A stretch of DNA of 64,000 nucleotides from NCBI RefSeq assembly GCF_021028975.2, contig NC_059436.1, forward strand, positions 25,544,001-25,608,000, given 5' to 3'. Shown here piece after piece: positions 42,840-53,900 of this stretch (the first letter of the stretch is position 1; the number at the start of each line of letters is the position of its first letter). A program made the position numbers and the translations under genes. The notes beneath the pieces are model-generated. The model worked only from the letters and a program-made list of their open reading frames with translations, was not told the origin of the DNA and made no database searches. This DNA comes from Sphaerodactylus townsendi. Lineage: Eukaryota.

Positions 42840-44687
42840 GGATGCTGGTGGGCCCGGATGCCGGCCCAAGGTGGGGGCCTCAGCACAGAGTGGGCGTTGA
42901 GTCTTTCCAGCGTGTGTGTTCTTCCTTCCTTCCTTCCTTTCGTTCTCCTTTTTGTGAAAAGAAGCAACCAAAATGGGCAAGAGGGATGGGGGAGGCTGTA
43001 AATAGGTGGGGGGAAGCGACCGCAAAGCGTTGCTGGTTTGAAATTGTTGTATTTCTGTGTTTTAATAGAAGCCTCGAAGCCCGTTTTGAATGAAACAAAC
43101 AAAAAAACTGACCCAAACCTGGCTCATTGTGGACTCAACAGGTGGGCCTTTGCCGCCCCCACCACCACCTCCCCCCCCCCCCGGCTTGCTGAGGCTGCAA
43201 GCAACTCCCCTCCCCTCCGCTCGGGGCCACCAAGCCGTGCTCCAGAATATGTCCCTTGGGTTGGATCTGTCAGAGTTCACTTTGCCCCGCAGGTCTTGGG
43301 GGGAGAGGCAGAGAATGCTCTGGGCCCCCTCGGCAGAGGGGCTGTGCGTGGATCAGGACTCTGGAGTTCGCCCCACCCTCCTCCTTCCCCAACCTTTCAA
43401 GTCTCTTCAGAGCCAGTGTGGTGGACTCTCGTCTGGAAAACCGTGTTTGATTTCCTGCTCTTCCACATGAGCAGCAAAGAGTGAACTGGATGTTTCCCTC
43501 CTCCTCCATGTGAAGCTCAAGCTGGTGAGAGCTTCTAGCTGCTCCACAGTTCCCTTCTTCTGAACTCTCCTGGAATTCTAACGACCTCATTGGGTCTGTT
43601 ACAGAGGGAAGGGAAAGGAGTTTGGAAGCTCCTTACAGGAGAGAGGATTTCGTTGTCCACAGTGGTCAGGAACAGCCTGGGTGGGATTTTCTGCCCTCCT
43701 CTCCATCCCGCCCCCGCCCCCTGTCCTGCCCATTTGTGGGAGGGGCAGCCACGCCACAGCCGTTGCTGGTGCAGTTTCTGCTCCCATCGCCCCACCCCGC
43801 ATCTGCCAGCTGGGAAGGGCAGGGCTCAGAGGGGCCCTGCAAGCTGCTGTCAGGAATCCTGGCCTTGTGCTCCACTGAGAAACAAACCAGGAAGGTGAAC
43901 CTGGACTTGGCTGGAATTTCCCAAGTGTTCGTTTAGTGTTTCTCCCTGAGAAGGGAATAGTCCCATTTCCAGCCCATACGTTTCCCCCCTCCACCTTTCC
44001 TTGGGACTGCTCGCTGTGCACAGAGAGGCAGAACGGACGGCACAGTTCTCAGCGCTGGCTCCTGACCATGCACCTGTCCCCCCTCCCCCCTCTAGGACTC
44101 CCGCAGGGAGGGTCTTGGGGCATGCCCGCCGGCACTTCCTAGCCAGCCCTCGTCAGTGGCACCGGGCCCTGCAAGACGGTCAGGAGACGTTTCTGCTCCC
44201 CTTGCTAATAAAGCCATAAGCAACGTCCCATTTCAACCTTCTCCGGCTGGCCCTCGGCTTCTCCCCCATTCCCCACCCCCACTGAGGACAAAGGAGAGGA
44301 TTGTGCCTCCAGGGCAGGGGTCTGCTGGGGGTGGGGGAGGTAGCCAGCCTGGGGGTGTCTTGGAATGCTGAGGGGAGGAGGGGTACGCCTGTCCTTGCCT
44401 CGAGGAGAAGCCGGCCTGCCCTTGTGTGGCCCCTCCCTTGCCAGCCGCAGCCTGCCTGGCCTCGCACTGTGAATGCTGTCCCGTCGTCGTCTTCGTGTGT
44501 CTTGTGCTTCTTGCTCCGCTGCCCGGCCTGCGTGGGGCCTGTTCCTCGTCGCCACCCAAACCACCTCCATCCCGAGCAGCAGCCTCTCCGCTCTCCTGGG
44601 GGCCAAAGCCCATCAGCCCGACCGGCTTGTTTTCTGTCAGCCCTGGGGGGAGGGGGAGTCCTATCCCCCATGCATTTTGTACCATTC

Positions 44688-44742
44688 TATATATATATAT
44701 ATATAAATATATATATAAATATATATATATAAATATATAAAT
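44688..44742. repeat. (TA)n/AT-rich microsatellite in the BCL9L 3'UTR
   Basis: TATATATATA...TAAATATATATA run. Confidence 0.9.
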
Positions 44743-44856
44743 ACAATATGTGAAGACATCTTATTGGTTTTTATTTTGAAATGATTTCTAGGCTTGTTTT
44801 TGGGTATCTGTGCTGCTTGTAATGTATTGATTGACCTGTTTTATAGGTGCTTTTTT

Positions 44857-44862
44857 ATTAAA
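44857..44862 (+). terminator. Probable distal BCL9L poly(A) signal (ATTAAA); proximal AATAAA at 44207-44212
   Basis: Hexamer at the end of a U-rich 3'UTR segment, shortly before repeats begin. Confidence 0.55.
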
Positions 44863-45418
44863 AAGAGACATTTCAAACTCACCTTGCAGAAGACTCTCTG
44901 TGGCATCTTTGACTGGGGCAGGCTCCTGGCTCTGCTGCCTGAAGGTTTGCATTCTACCGCCATGGCTTGGAGTCTGAGCAGGCCCCAGCCGAGAGGAGGG
45001 CCACGCAGCCTGCCGTAGAGCCTCCTGTCTCCTGAATCCCAGGAATGTGGCTGACGGCTGCAATTTTTCCATCATGGGCAGAATCATAGAGTTGGAGGAG
45101 AACCCAAGGGCCATCAAGTCCAACCCCCTGCTGTGCAGGAATACACAGTCAGAGCACTCCAGACAGAGGGCCATCCATCCTCTCTCTAAAAACCTCCGAA
45201 GAAGGAGACTCCACCACACACCGAGGCAGCGAATTCCACTGTCGAACAACCCTGGAGGTCAGGAAGTTCTTCCTAATGTTTAGGTGGAATCTCTTTTCCT
45301 TCACCTTGAATCCACTACAGCAAACAAGCTTTCTCCCTTTTCAACATGACATCCCTTCAAATGTTTAAACATGGCTATCATGTCACCCCTTAACCTCCCT
45401 AAGTTTCTTCTCATAGGG

Positions 45419-46184
45419 CAGTGATGGCGAACCTATGGCACGGGTGCCAGAGGTGGCACTCGGAGCCCTCTCTGTGGGCACGCGCCCACAGAGTTCGTCA
45501 TGTGGGGGGCGGAAAATCACACACACACACACATCTAGGTGGCGTAGGAGGTTAAGAGCTCGTGTATCTAATCTGGAGGAACCGGGTTTGATTCTCCGCT
45601 CTGCCGCCTGAGCTGTGGAGGCTTATCTGGGGAATTCAGATTAGCCTGTACACTCCCACACACGCCAGCTGGGTGGACCTTGGGCTCAGTCCACAGCTTC
45701 TCGGAGCTCTCTCAGCCCCACCCACCTCAGAGCAGGGTAGTTTGTTGTGAGGGGAAGGGCAAGGAGATTGTAAGCCCCTTTGAGTCTCCTGCAGGAGAGA
45801 AAGGGGGGATATAAATCCAAACTCTTCTTCTTCATCATCTAGGCTGGCCTGGGCCACTGAGCATGACATGTACACACCACAGTGAGCAGGGAGGACTTGG
45901 CTGGTGGGCCTGGTGCCTGTGCTCAGCTGCCCATAGGGGCAGAGGGAGTGCAGAGAGAGATGCTAGAGAGGCACAGGACCGGTGTGTGGCAGCTGGGGAA
46001 TTGGGAGGCTAGGAAGCAGGCTGGCCCCTGCTCGAGCGGGTGGGGCGAAGAGGGAGCCAACCGTTTTTTTCTAAACTAAAACCTCAGCATTCAGGTTAAA
46101 TTGGCGGGTTGGCACTTTGCGATAAATAAGTGGGATTTGGGTTGCAATTTGGGCACTCAGTCTCAAAAAGGTTCGCCATCACTG
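45419..46184. mobile_element. Non-autonomous hAT MITE (OposCharlie1/OC1-like TIRs)
   Basis: Perfect 16-bp TIR CAGTGATGGCGAACCT / AGGTTCGCCATCACTG; perfect 8-bp TSD TCATAGGG (45411-45418, 46185-46192). Confidence 0.92.
45540..45835 (+). mobile_element. Squam3-like SINE nested inside the hAT MITE
   Basis: Near-identical to 1046-1333; (CTT)n tail; TSD CATCTAGG (45532-45539, 45836-45843). Confidence 0.88.
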
Positions 46185-46978
46185 TCATAGGGCATGGAAT
46201 CCAGGCATTTTACCATTTTGGTCGCCCTCCTCTGGACCCGTTCCAGCTTGTCAATATCCTCCTTGAATTGTGCCCAGAACTGGACACAACATTCCAGGTG
46301 AGGTCTGACCAGTGGACACGAACGCCTCTTGATGCAGCCCTGGCTTTCTTGGCTGCCACATCACACTGCTGCGGTGGTCTACTGAGACTCCCAGATTCCT
46401 CTCACATGTATTGTCAAGCCAGGAGTCGCCCACCCTATGTCTGTGCATTTCGTGTTTTTCCTGCCTAAGTGTAGCATCTTACATTTATCTCTGTTAAAGT
46501 TCATTTTGTTAAGTTTTGGCCCTGCTCTCTAATTGTTTCAGGTCATTTTGAATTCTGACTTCCCCTCTAGGGTATTAGCTTCCCCTCCTAATTTGATGTC
46601 ATCTGCAAAATTGCTTAGCATGTCCTCTGTTCCATCATCCAAGTCATCGATAAAACATATTGAATGGCGCTGGGCCCAGGACAGAAGCCTATGGCCCCCC
46701 ACTAGCCACTTCTCTCCAGGATGAAGATGAGCCATTGGTGAGCACCCTTTGAGTTTGGTCAGTCAACCAATTACAAATCCATCTAACAGTATTGTCTAGC
46801 CCACAATTTACTAGCTTGCTTGCAAGAATATCATGGAGCACCTTGTCAAAAGCCTTACTAAAATCAAGGTATGCCATGTCCACAGCATTCCCTTCATCTA
46901 CCAAGTTTATCAAAAAGAGAGAGAAGATTAGTCTGGCATGACTTGTTTCTGAGAAACCCATGTTCGCTTGTAGTGATC

Positions 46979-47828
46979 CAGGGGCGTAACGAGGCAGCCC
47001 TGGGCAAACTGTAGCCCTGGGCAAAACCTGAGTTGGATGCCCCCCCCCATGGGCCAAATTTTTTTGCACCAGGACATTGGTGCCTGCAGGGGGTGCATTT
47101 TTAGACATATCAGCACCAATATTTCAGCATATCATCAGGAGACTGTCCTTATGCAAACATAAGTTTGGTGAGGTTTGGTTCAAGGAGTCCAAAGTTATGG
47201 ACTTCCAAAGGGTGCCATCATCTCCAGATGATACCCTGAAATTTTGGTGCTGATACATCCAAAAATGCACCCCCCCCCTGCATGAACATCCTCTAGAAAA
47301 TTCTTGCCCAAGAATCTTTGTTCTGCATTGAGTTTTCTGCATTGCACTGTCATCAATGGGGGTTGCAGGCTAGTGGGAAGTAGGGGGGCGGGGACATTTC
47401 TGAAGGTTACACACAGTCTCAAAACTTTCAGGGTCTCTATCAGGGAGACTGCCCCAATGATACCCCCCCAAGTTTACCGAGATTTTGCAGTTTGGTTCAG
47501 GGGGGCAAAAGTTATGGACCCTCAAAACTGTAGCCCCCATCTCCTATTAAATCCCATTGGAAACAATGGGGGATAGGGGCACCCCCTTTGGGAGTCCATA
47601 ACTTTGGACCCCCTGAACCAAACCTCACCAAACTTGGGGGGTAGCATAAGGACAGTCTCCTGATGATACGCTGAAATTTTGGTGCCGCTAGCCTAAAAAC
47701 TGCGCCCCCTGCAGGCCAAAAATGGAAAACCACTAAAATACCCCAAAACGAACCCAGCATTTTGATGCCCCCCACAAGGTGATGCCCTGGGCAGCTGCCC
47801 ACCTTGCCCAATGGGCATTACGCCAGTG
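46979..47828. mobile_element. Non-autonomous hAT (Tip100-like) element, 850 bp
   Basis: Imperfect TIR CAGGGGCGTAA / TTACGCCAGTG; 8-bp TSD TAGTGATC (46971-46978, 47829-47836); internal inverted repeats. Confidence 0.85.
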
Positions 47829-49962
47829 TAGTGATCACAGTATTTCCTTCTAAGCACTTACAGACTGCCTGTTTAATGATCTGCTCTAGAATCTTTCCTG
47901 GTATTGATGACTGGGGGCTAATTGTTTGGGGCCCCTTTTTTTCACATTTTTGAAGATTGAGACATTAGTCCTCTTCCAGTCTGCTGGGACTTCTCCTGTT
48001 CTCCGGAAGTACTCAAAGATTATAGCAAGTGGTTCTGAGATTATTTCTGCCAATTCTTTTAATATCCTGGGATGCAGTTCATCAGGACCTGGAGATTTTA
48101 ATTCATTCAAAATACCCAGGTATTCCTGTACTGCCTCTTTATTTATTCTGTGCTAAACTTCCCTTATTGCATTTTCTGTTCTATTTTCCCTGGTTGAGCA
48201 CTGTTTTCCTTTCGGGAAAAGTCTGAGGCAAAGAAAGTGTTTCTCTTCTTTTGCCATCTTCTTGGATGGGGTGGCCTCATCATATCCTCCCCCCCCCCTT
48301 CTTCTGCAGACATAACCAAAAAAAGCCTTTTTAAAATTGTGTTTAACTTCTCTGGCAAACCTGAGCTCACTCTGAGCTTTATATTTTCTGACTTTCTTCC
48401 TTCTGTGAACTGCTATTTGCTTGAATTCCTCTTTGATGATTTCCCCCCTTTTCCATTTCTTGTACATGGCCTTTTTAAATCTCAGCGCAGTTGAAAGTTC
48501 TTTAGACATCCCTCCTGTTTTCCTTAGACACCTCCTATTTTTCCTCATAGAAACCAACTTGCAGTTGCTGCGGGTAGAGCTACCCACACCCACCAACAAA
48601 AAAACAAACATGCCACAGCTGTTTCAGGTGACGGCAGCAACTCCCTAACCCTCCATATTTAGCAAATTAGTCCAGAAACAGATTTATGGGCCTCCCTCTC
48701 AAAAGGTCCCCATCTAAACTCCCCCCCCCCAAAAAAAATCTGTGTTAGCCTGGCCTGTTTAGCTAAGCCCCTGTTCACTGAGCTCTAGAAATGGAGACCT
48801 TGCGGCTGAAGCCTCAGCCCTGACTCCAGTCTCTAACTCACCTTCTACTCTCTCTCAAAAGATTGGTCCTTACTGATGACAACTGTATGCGCCTAGGGGT
48901 GGGTGCTGCTGCCTCTCAGAGAGTGCTCAAAAGAGCCGGCTGGTAGTTGGATAGAGCTGGTGACTTCCCAGAAGCCTGAGGGAGGCACATGCCCCCAAAA
49001 GAAAGAAAAAATCCCCACACAAACAGAAGCCCTCCAGGGCCCTTAAACAAACAAACAAACAAACACACAGCCCCTCAAAACATACAAATATTATAAAGCC
49101 AACCTCCCCAAAACAGCTTACCTCTTGCCCTCTGCTCTGCTGCCTCTCAGAGATTACAGCGTGTGCCGCTGCCTACGTGGCCTGCTCAGAGGTACTCACT
49201 GTGTCCCATATTGAAAATTGTATCAAAGGCCTGCTTTACATATTGCCCAAATGTCCTCTGCTGCTGGATCTGGCCGCTGTGTCCCTGTGAAACCCCCCAC
49301 CCTTTCCAGAGGGGCCTTTGGGCAACATGTGGGGCAGAGCATTGTGGAGATCACAGAGGGTCCAGGAACTAGCGAGGCCCCCCAATCCACCCCAGCTCTT
49401 TGAACTGGTCTCTGCTTCATGACCTTCTCAGCAGAAAGCTCCTCCTCGTCTGCAACACTGAAAGGAGGCCCATGTGCACCCCTCCCTTCTGGTTCAGGAG
49501 TCCGGGTCTTACATGGGCTCCATGGCTGCATGAGAAGGCAGGCCATGTTTCTCACTTTACTCGAAACACGGTGGGTGGAAGCCAGAGTCTGGGGGGAGGG
49601 CCAGCCAAAGCAGCGCCCAGAGTGGGCTCCCAGGGCCAACGATCTCCCTTCTTGCAGTGACTGTGCCGAGCTGGCTAAGATGACTTTTTGCAAAGACGGC
49701 AAACCCAGCCAGCGCCCCCGTCCCGAGAACGGCAAGGGAAGGAGGGGCCATTCTGGGGCCAAAAGCACCCCGCTTGGGGATCTCACCTTGAGCTGGTGAC
49801 CTGTCCTGGGTGGTGGGGGCAGAAAGAAGGGGGGGGGCTCTGTGTGGCATGCACAAGGCCCCTGGTTCAAAGAGCGGCTGATATGGAGGGCTGCTGCCAG
49901 TCAGAATGGGTTGCAGCCGCAGGGAGAGACGGGGACCAGGCGGTGGCTTCCAAGGTTCACAC

Positions 49963-49968
49963 TTTATT
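49963..49968 (-). terminator. Poly(A) signal of CXCR5
   Basis: TTTATT on + strand about 1 kb past the stop codon. Confidence 0.6.
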
Positions 49969-50943
49969 TAGCATAGGCATGGATGGTGTGCAGAACGAGC
50001 AAGCGAGAGCGCAGCCACGCAGACCCTCCCACCCACCCACCCACCCCCTTTCTGCTGCATTAACCTTCGGGGGGGGGGATGCCCAGCCAGTTCCCAGGCC
50101 AAGGTGGGGGCGGGGAGGCCGGGCTGCAGGACTCAGAAGCACAGGATTGGTGCTGCGGCAAAGCCTGTAGCATGGGGAGTTGGCTGGCCCTGAGAGCTCC
50201 GTGGTCCCTTCGCAAGGGCTGCCCTGAGTGGGTTTTCACCTGCTGTGGACACTGACCTCCCGACTGGGCAATGAATTCACCGAGGCAGAGGTGGTCAGTC
50301 CTTGCTTGCTTCTCTGCTGGCCGGGGTGGGGTGGGTTGAGAGATTCTCCGTTTTCTTGGTGGAGAGTCTTCTTTGTGCATCTGAAAGGGAGGCTCTGCTT
50401 TTTAGTCTAGGTGGCTAAGAGGGGCCACAGCCTCAAGACAGGTTCAGCTGAGATTCAGATGGGGCTAACAGGGCAAGGTTGCCCCGCTTCCCAGGCAGGG
50501 CAGGGCCAGACCACCCCTTCACCCCTCTCTCACCTGCCACGGAAAAGACACAACAGGTGCCAAGGAGCCTGGTGGGCATGTTGTGACAGACTGCCTTGGC
50601 CAGAGCAAGCAGTGCTTTGTTGGGCTGGCCGCTCTTTCTTTCGAGGGCAGTGTTGCCAGTTTCTCCTGCAGGGCTCTCTGCTGCCCACGTGGCCTCCTCT
50701 GCCACCTGCCTGTGTGCTTGGAGGCTCTTTGGCGGGACAGTGCAGAGGGTGCGGAAGTGCCCGTGGTCTTTCCGTAGCCCATGGAGGAAGCCGCTTGTGG
50801 CTGGCAGGCAGCTGCTCCCGTTTTTAGGGACAGAAAAGAAGCTTGGGAGTTTTGCAGCTGCAGAGCAGGTCCTGGGGGCAACCGCAGCTCTCTCCCCTGA
50901 AGGCAGCCAGGGATGCAGGGCTGGAGGGAGGGTGAAATGGCCA

Positions 50944-53900
50944 CTAGACGGGAGCTGCCTTCTGGCCTGACTTGGGCTCAGCCAGCCCACCTCCACCTGT
51001 GTGCTCACTTGGCCACTGGCTGATGCAGTCAGGGGAGAAGGCGGCACACGGCTCCAAAGACGTGGCCTGGAGAGGCAGGGTGTACGGTGAGGAGGGCTGC
51101 CGAGCCACGGGGAGGTGGGTCTCTGTCTCGGTGGTGCTCTCCGTCCACCGGGTGCCCAGGAGGTCCTGCAGGGCAGCTTGTCTCAGGCAGCCCAGGTCAC
51201 GCAGAAGGCGGCAAGCATCGTGGCGGAACCTGACGCCCACAAAAGCGTAGAGGAGGGGGTTCAGCCCGCAGTGGCTGTAGCCGATCATCTCACTCACTAT
51301 TGTGGCGGTGCTTAGCCACGGCATGCCGCAGCCACTGGGCTCCAGTTTGGTGAGGGTGTCCAAGAAGATGACCATGTGGTACGGGGTCCAACAGAGCAGG
51401 AAGACCCCCGTGACCAAAATGGCCACTTTGACTGCTTTCTGCCTCTGCAGGCGCTGGGACTGGCACAGCACCCGCACAATAGCAGTGTAGCAGTAGCACA
51501 TGACCACAGAAGGCAGGAAGAAGCCCACGATGTGATAGAGGAAGCGCGTGGCCAGCCAGGCGTTGCTGCCGTGGATCCCGTCCTTCTGGAAGTGGCAGAT
51601 GCTGGTGTTGCTGCTGTCTGGCCAGACCTCTGTGAAGAGCAAGTCCGGCAGCGTCAACAGGAGGGAGAGGAGCCAGACCGCCAGGCAGGTCAGGTGGATG
51701 GTCAGCCCCCGCCGCTTCTGGAAGGTCCTCACTGCGTGCACAACAGCCAAGTAGCGATCCACACTGACGCAGCCCAGCAGCAGGCTGCTGCTGTAGAAGT
51801 TGATCCTGTTGACGGCACTGAGCATTTTGCAGAGGACAGTCCCAAAAACCCAACCCGCCAGACACTGCACCACCCCAAAGGGGAAGGTGAGCCCCAGCAG
51901 CAGGTTGGCCAAGGCCAGGTGGAAGAGGAACTGCTCGGTGGAGGTGCGGGCGTGGCGATAGCGCCACAGGATCACCAGCACCAGAGCATTGCCCAGCCCC
52001 CCCAGCAGGAAGATCAGCAGGTAGACCAAGGGGACGAACAGCTTCTTCAGCGGGTGTCTGGTGCCATCTTGTGTCTCAGAACACAGGTAGTTGTCGTCAT
52101 AGCTTGAGATGTTGTCTGATGTGCTGTAATTCCAGTTCTGGGGTGGGAGGGAGGGAGGGAGAGAGAGAGATTACAGGGTGAATTGTTGGCACAGCAGAGG
52201 ACAGAAAGGGATGCCCCCCACCCTGGCAATCTTGTGCCAGATCTTGTCTCCGTAGGATGGATGCAGAAGAGAAGGATGCTCTCTTGGTCTTCTCCAGGTC
52301 AAATATGCCTGTTCTTGCGACCTGTCCTCGTGAGATTAGTTTAGCAGACCCCACCTCCTCCCACACTATGAAGTTTCCTGAAGAAAAGGTCGGGTAGATG
52401 GTGTAAAACCAGCAGGCAATATTATTATAGCCGCCAGGGATGCCAGGAGAAGCCTTCAACAGGCCTCGTCATCCACAACAGCCAAATTGCACTGGGAAGT
52501 CCCACTGCTGTCGCTCACAAACTAAATCCCAGCACCTCCTAGGACGGCAAGGTGGGAAAACTTTTCGCAGCACCTGCCTATCTGCCCTCACTCACATCGT
52601 CTTGAAGCTGTGGGGATGGGCCGGGGCGGGGGGTGAGGAGGGCAACCCAAATCATGTCTGGGGTTGACAGCATGATTCTGAATGCTTCTGTTGATTCTGG
52701 CTCCTCTTGCTTCAGAGGGCAGCTGTGTTGGTCTGCAGTGAAACAGCTGGACTTGAGTCCAGGAACATCTTAGAGACCAACCTGGGCACACCTTTCCATG
52801 AGTCAAAAACTGATGAAGGGACCTTTGGCTCTTGAAAGCGTTTATTTTGGCTGTCAAGTCAGAGCTGAGTTATGGCTGCCTCTGGTGCAGTTTTGAGGGC
52901 AGAGACATGGAGAGGTGCCGGGCGAGTGCCTGTCTCCCCATCATGCCCTGCTATTCCTCGGAGGTCTCCCATCCAAATATTTACCAGGGTTGAGGCTAGG
53001 AAGTTTCCATGGCTCGGGTTTCTAAACCTGGGTTTCCCAGATCCCAACCCAACACCTTAACCAATCCACCACACTGTCTCCCCTTGAAAGCTTACACCCG
53101 CCCCCCCTTCAAAATTTTCTTCCAGACGCAAATCTAGCTGCCTCTTTTTGGTTTACTTTGGGCTCTGTGTCAACATGTTAAGTCCCAACTGAAGCTGACT
53201 AATCAAAAGTCTGTTCCTGGGAGTGTGCAAACCGGCTGTCCTAACTGGAGTTCTGCCTGGGAGTTGAGTAGGGAAGTTTGAGGGGAGGATGGATGAGTGG
53301 GTGCCATTTTGGGACAAGGAACTGGATTCTGCATAGTGCAGGTAGGCACCCTTCTTATCCCAGCACTTCAAACCACCCAACCAGCTATGGAGATAGAAAG
53401 TCTGCCGGGGGGAGGGGGCTACTTTGTGTTTTGCAATTGAACCACAGGTGCAGTTATCTGTCCAGTGAACAGAAATTGTGTGTGCGCACACGCATGTGCA
53501 CGTGTTCATTGTATGGAGTTCTTAGTTCTTGGGGAACAGGCTCGCTCCCTTGAGGCTGGCTGGCTAGGGTTGCTGGTCTGGAGAAGCTGAGAGAGGCGGG
53601 GTGTGCGTGGATGATGAGCCCATCAGGAACCTACTAAAACAGACCTGCCCCCACGCTGACTGCTGTGTTGTTGTGGTGGTGATTGAGCGTCTCGTGGCTG
53701 GAGGGCATAAAATGAGGTGGGGAGAAGTTTGAAGACCACGACCTCAAAAGTGGCATTCTCAGATCTGTCACCAGTTCCACGCACAGGGTCAGCTGGACAG
53801 GTACAGAGTAGGGGTCTCAAGGGGTGGCTGAGGGAGTGACTCTGGGATGAAGGGCTTAGATTGGTTAGGCACTGCAAAACCTTCTGGGATCCCAAACCTA

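Larger units (their letters stand above)
45083..48560 (-). mobile_element. Decayed CR1 LINE interrupted by two hAT insertions
   Basis: Minus-strand RT peptides VDMAYLDFSKAFDKV, FIDDLDDGTEDMLSNFADDIKLGG and KSPGPDELHPRILKELAEIISEPLAIIF; CR1 3' tail AGAATCATAGAGTTGG at about 45081-45096. Confidence 0.9.
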
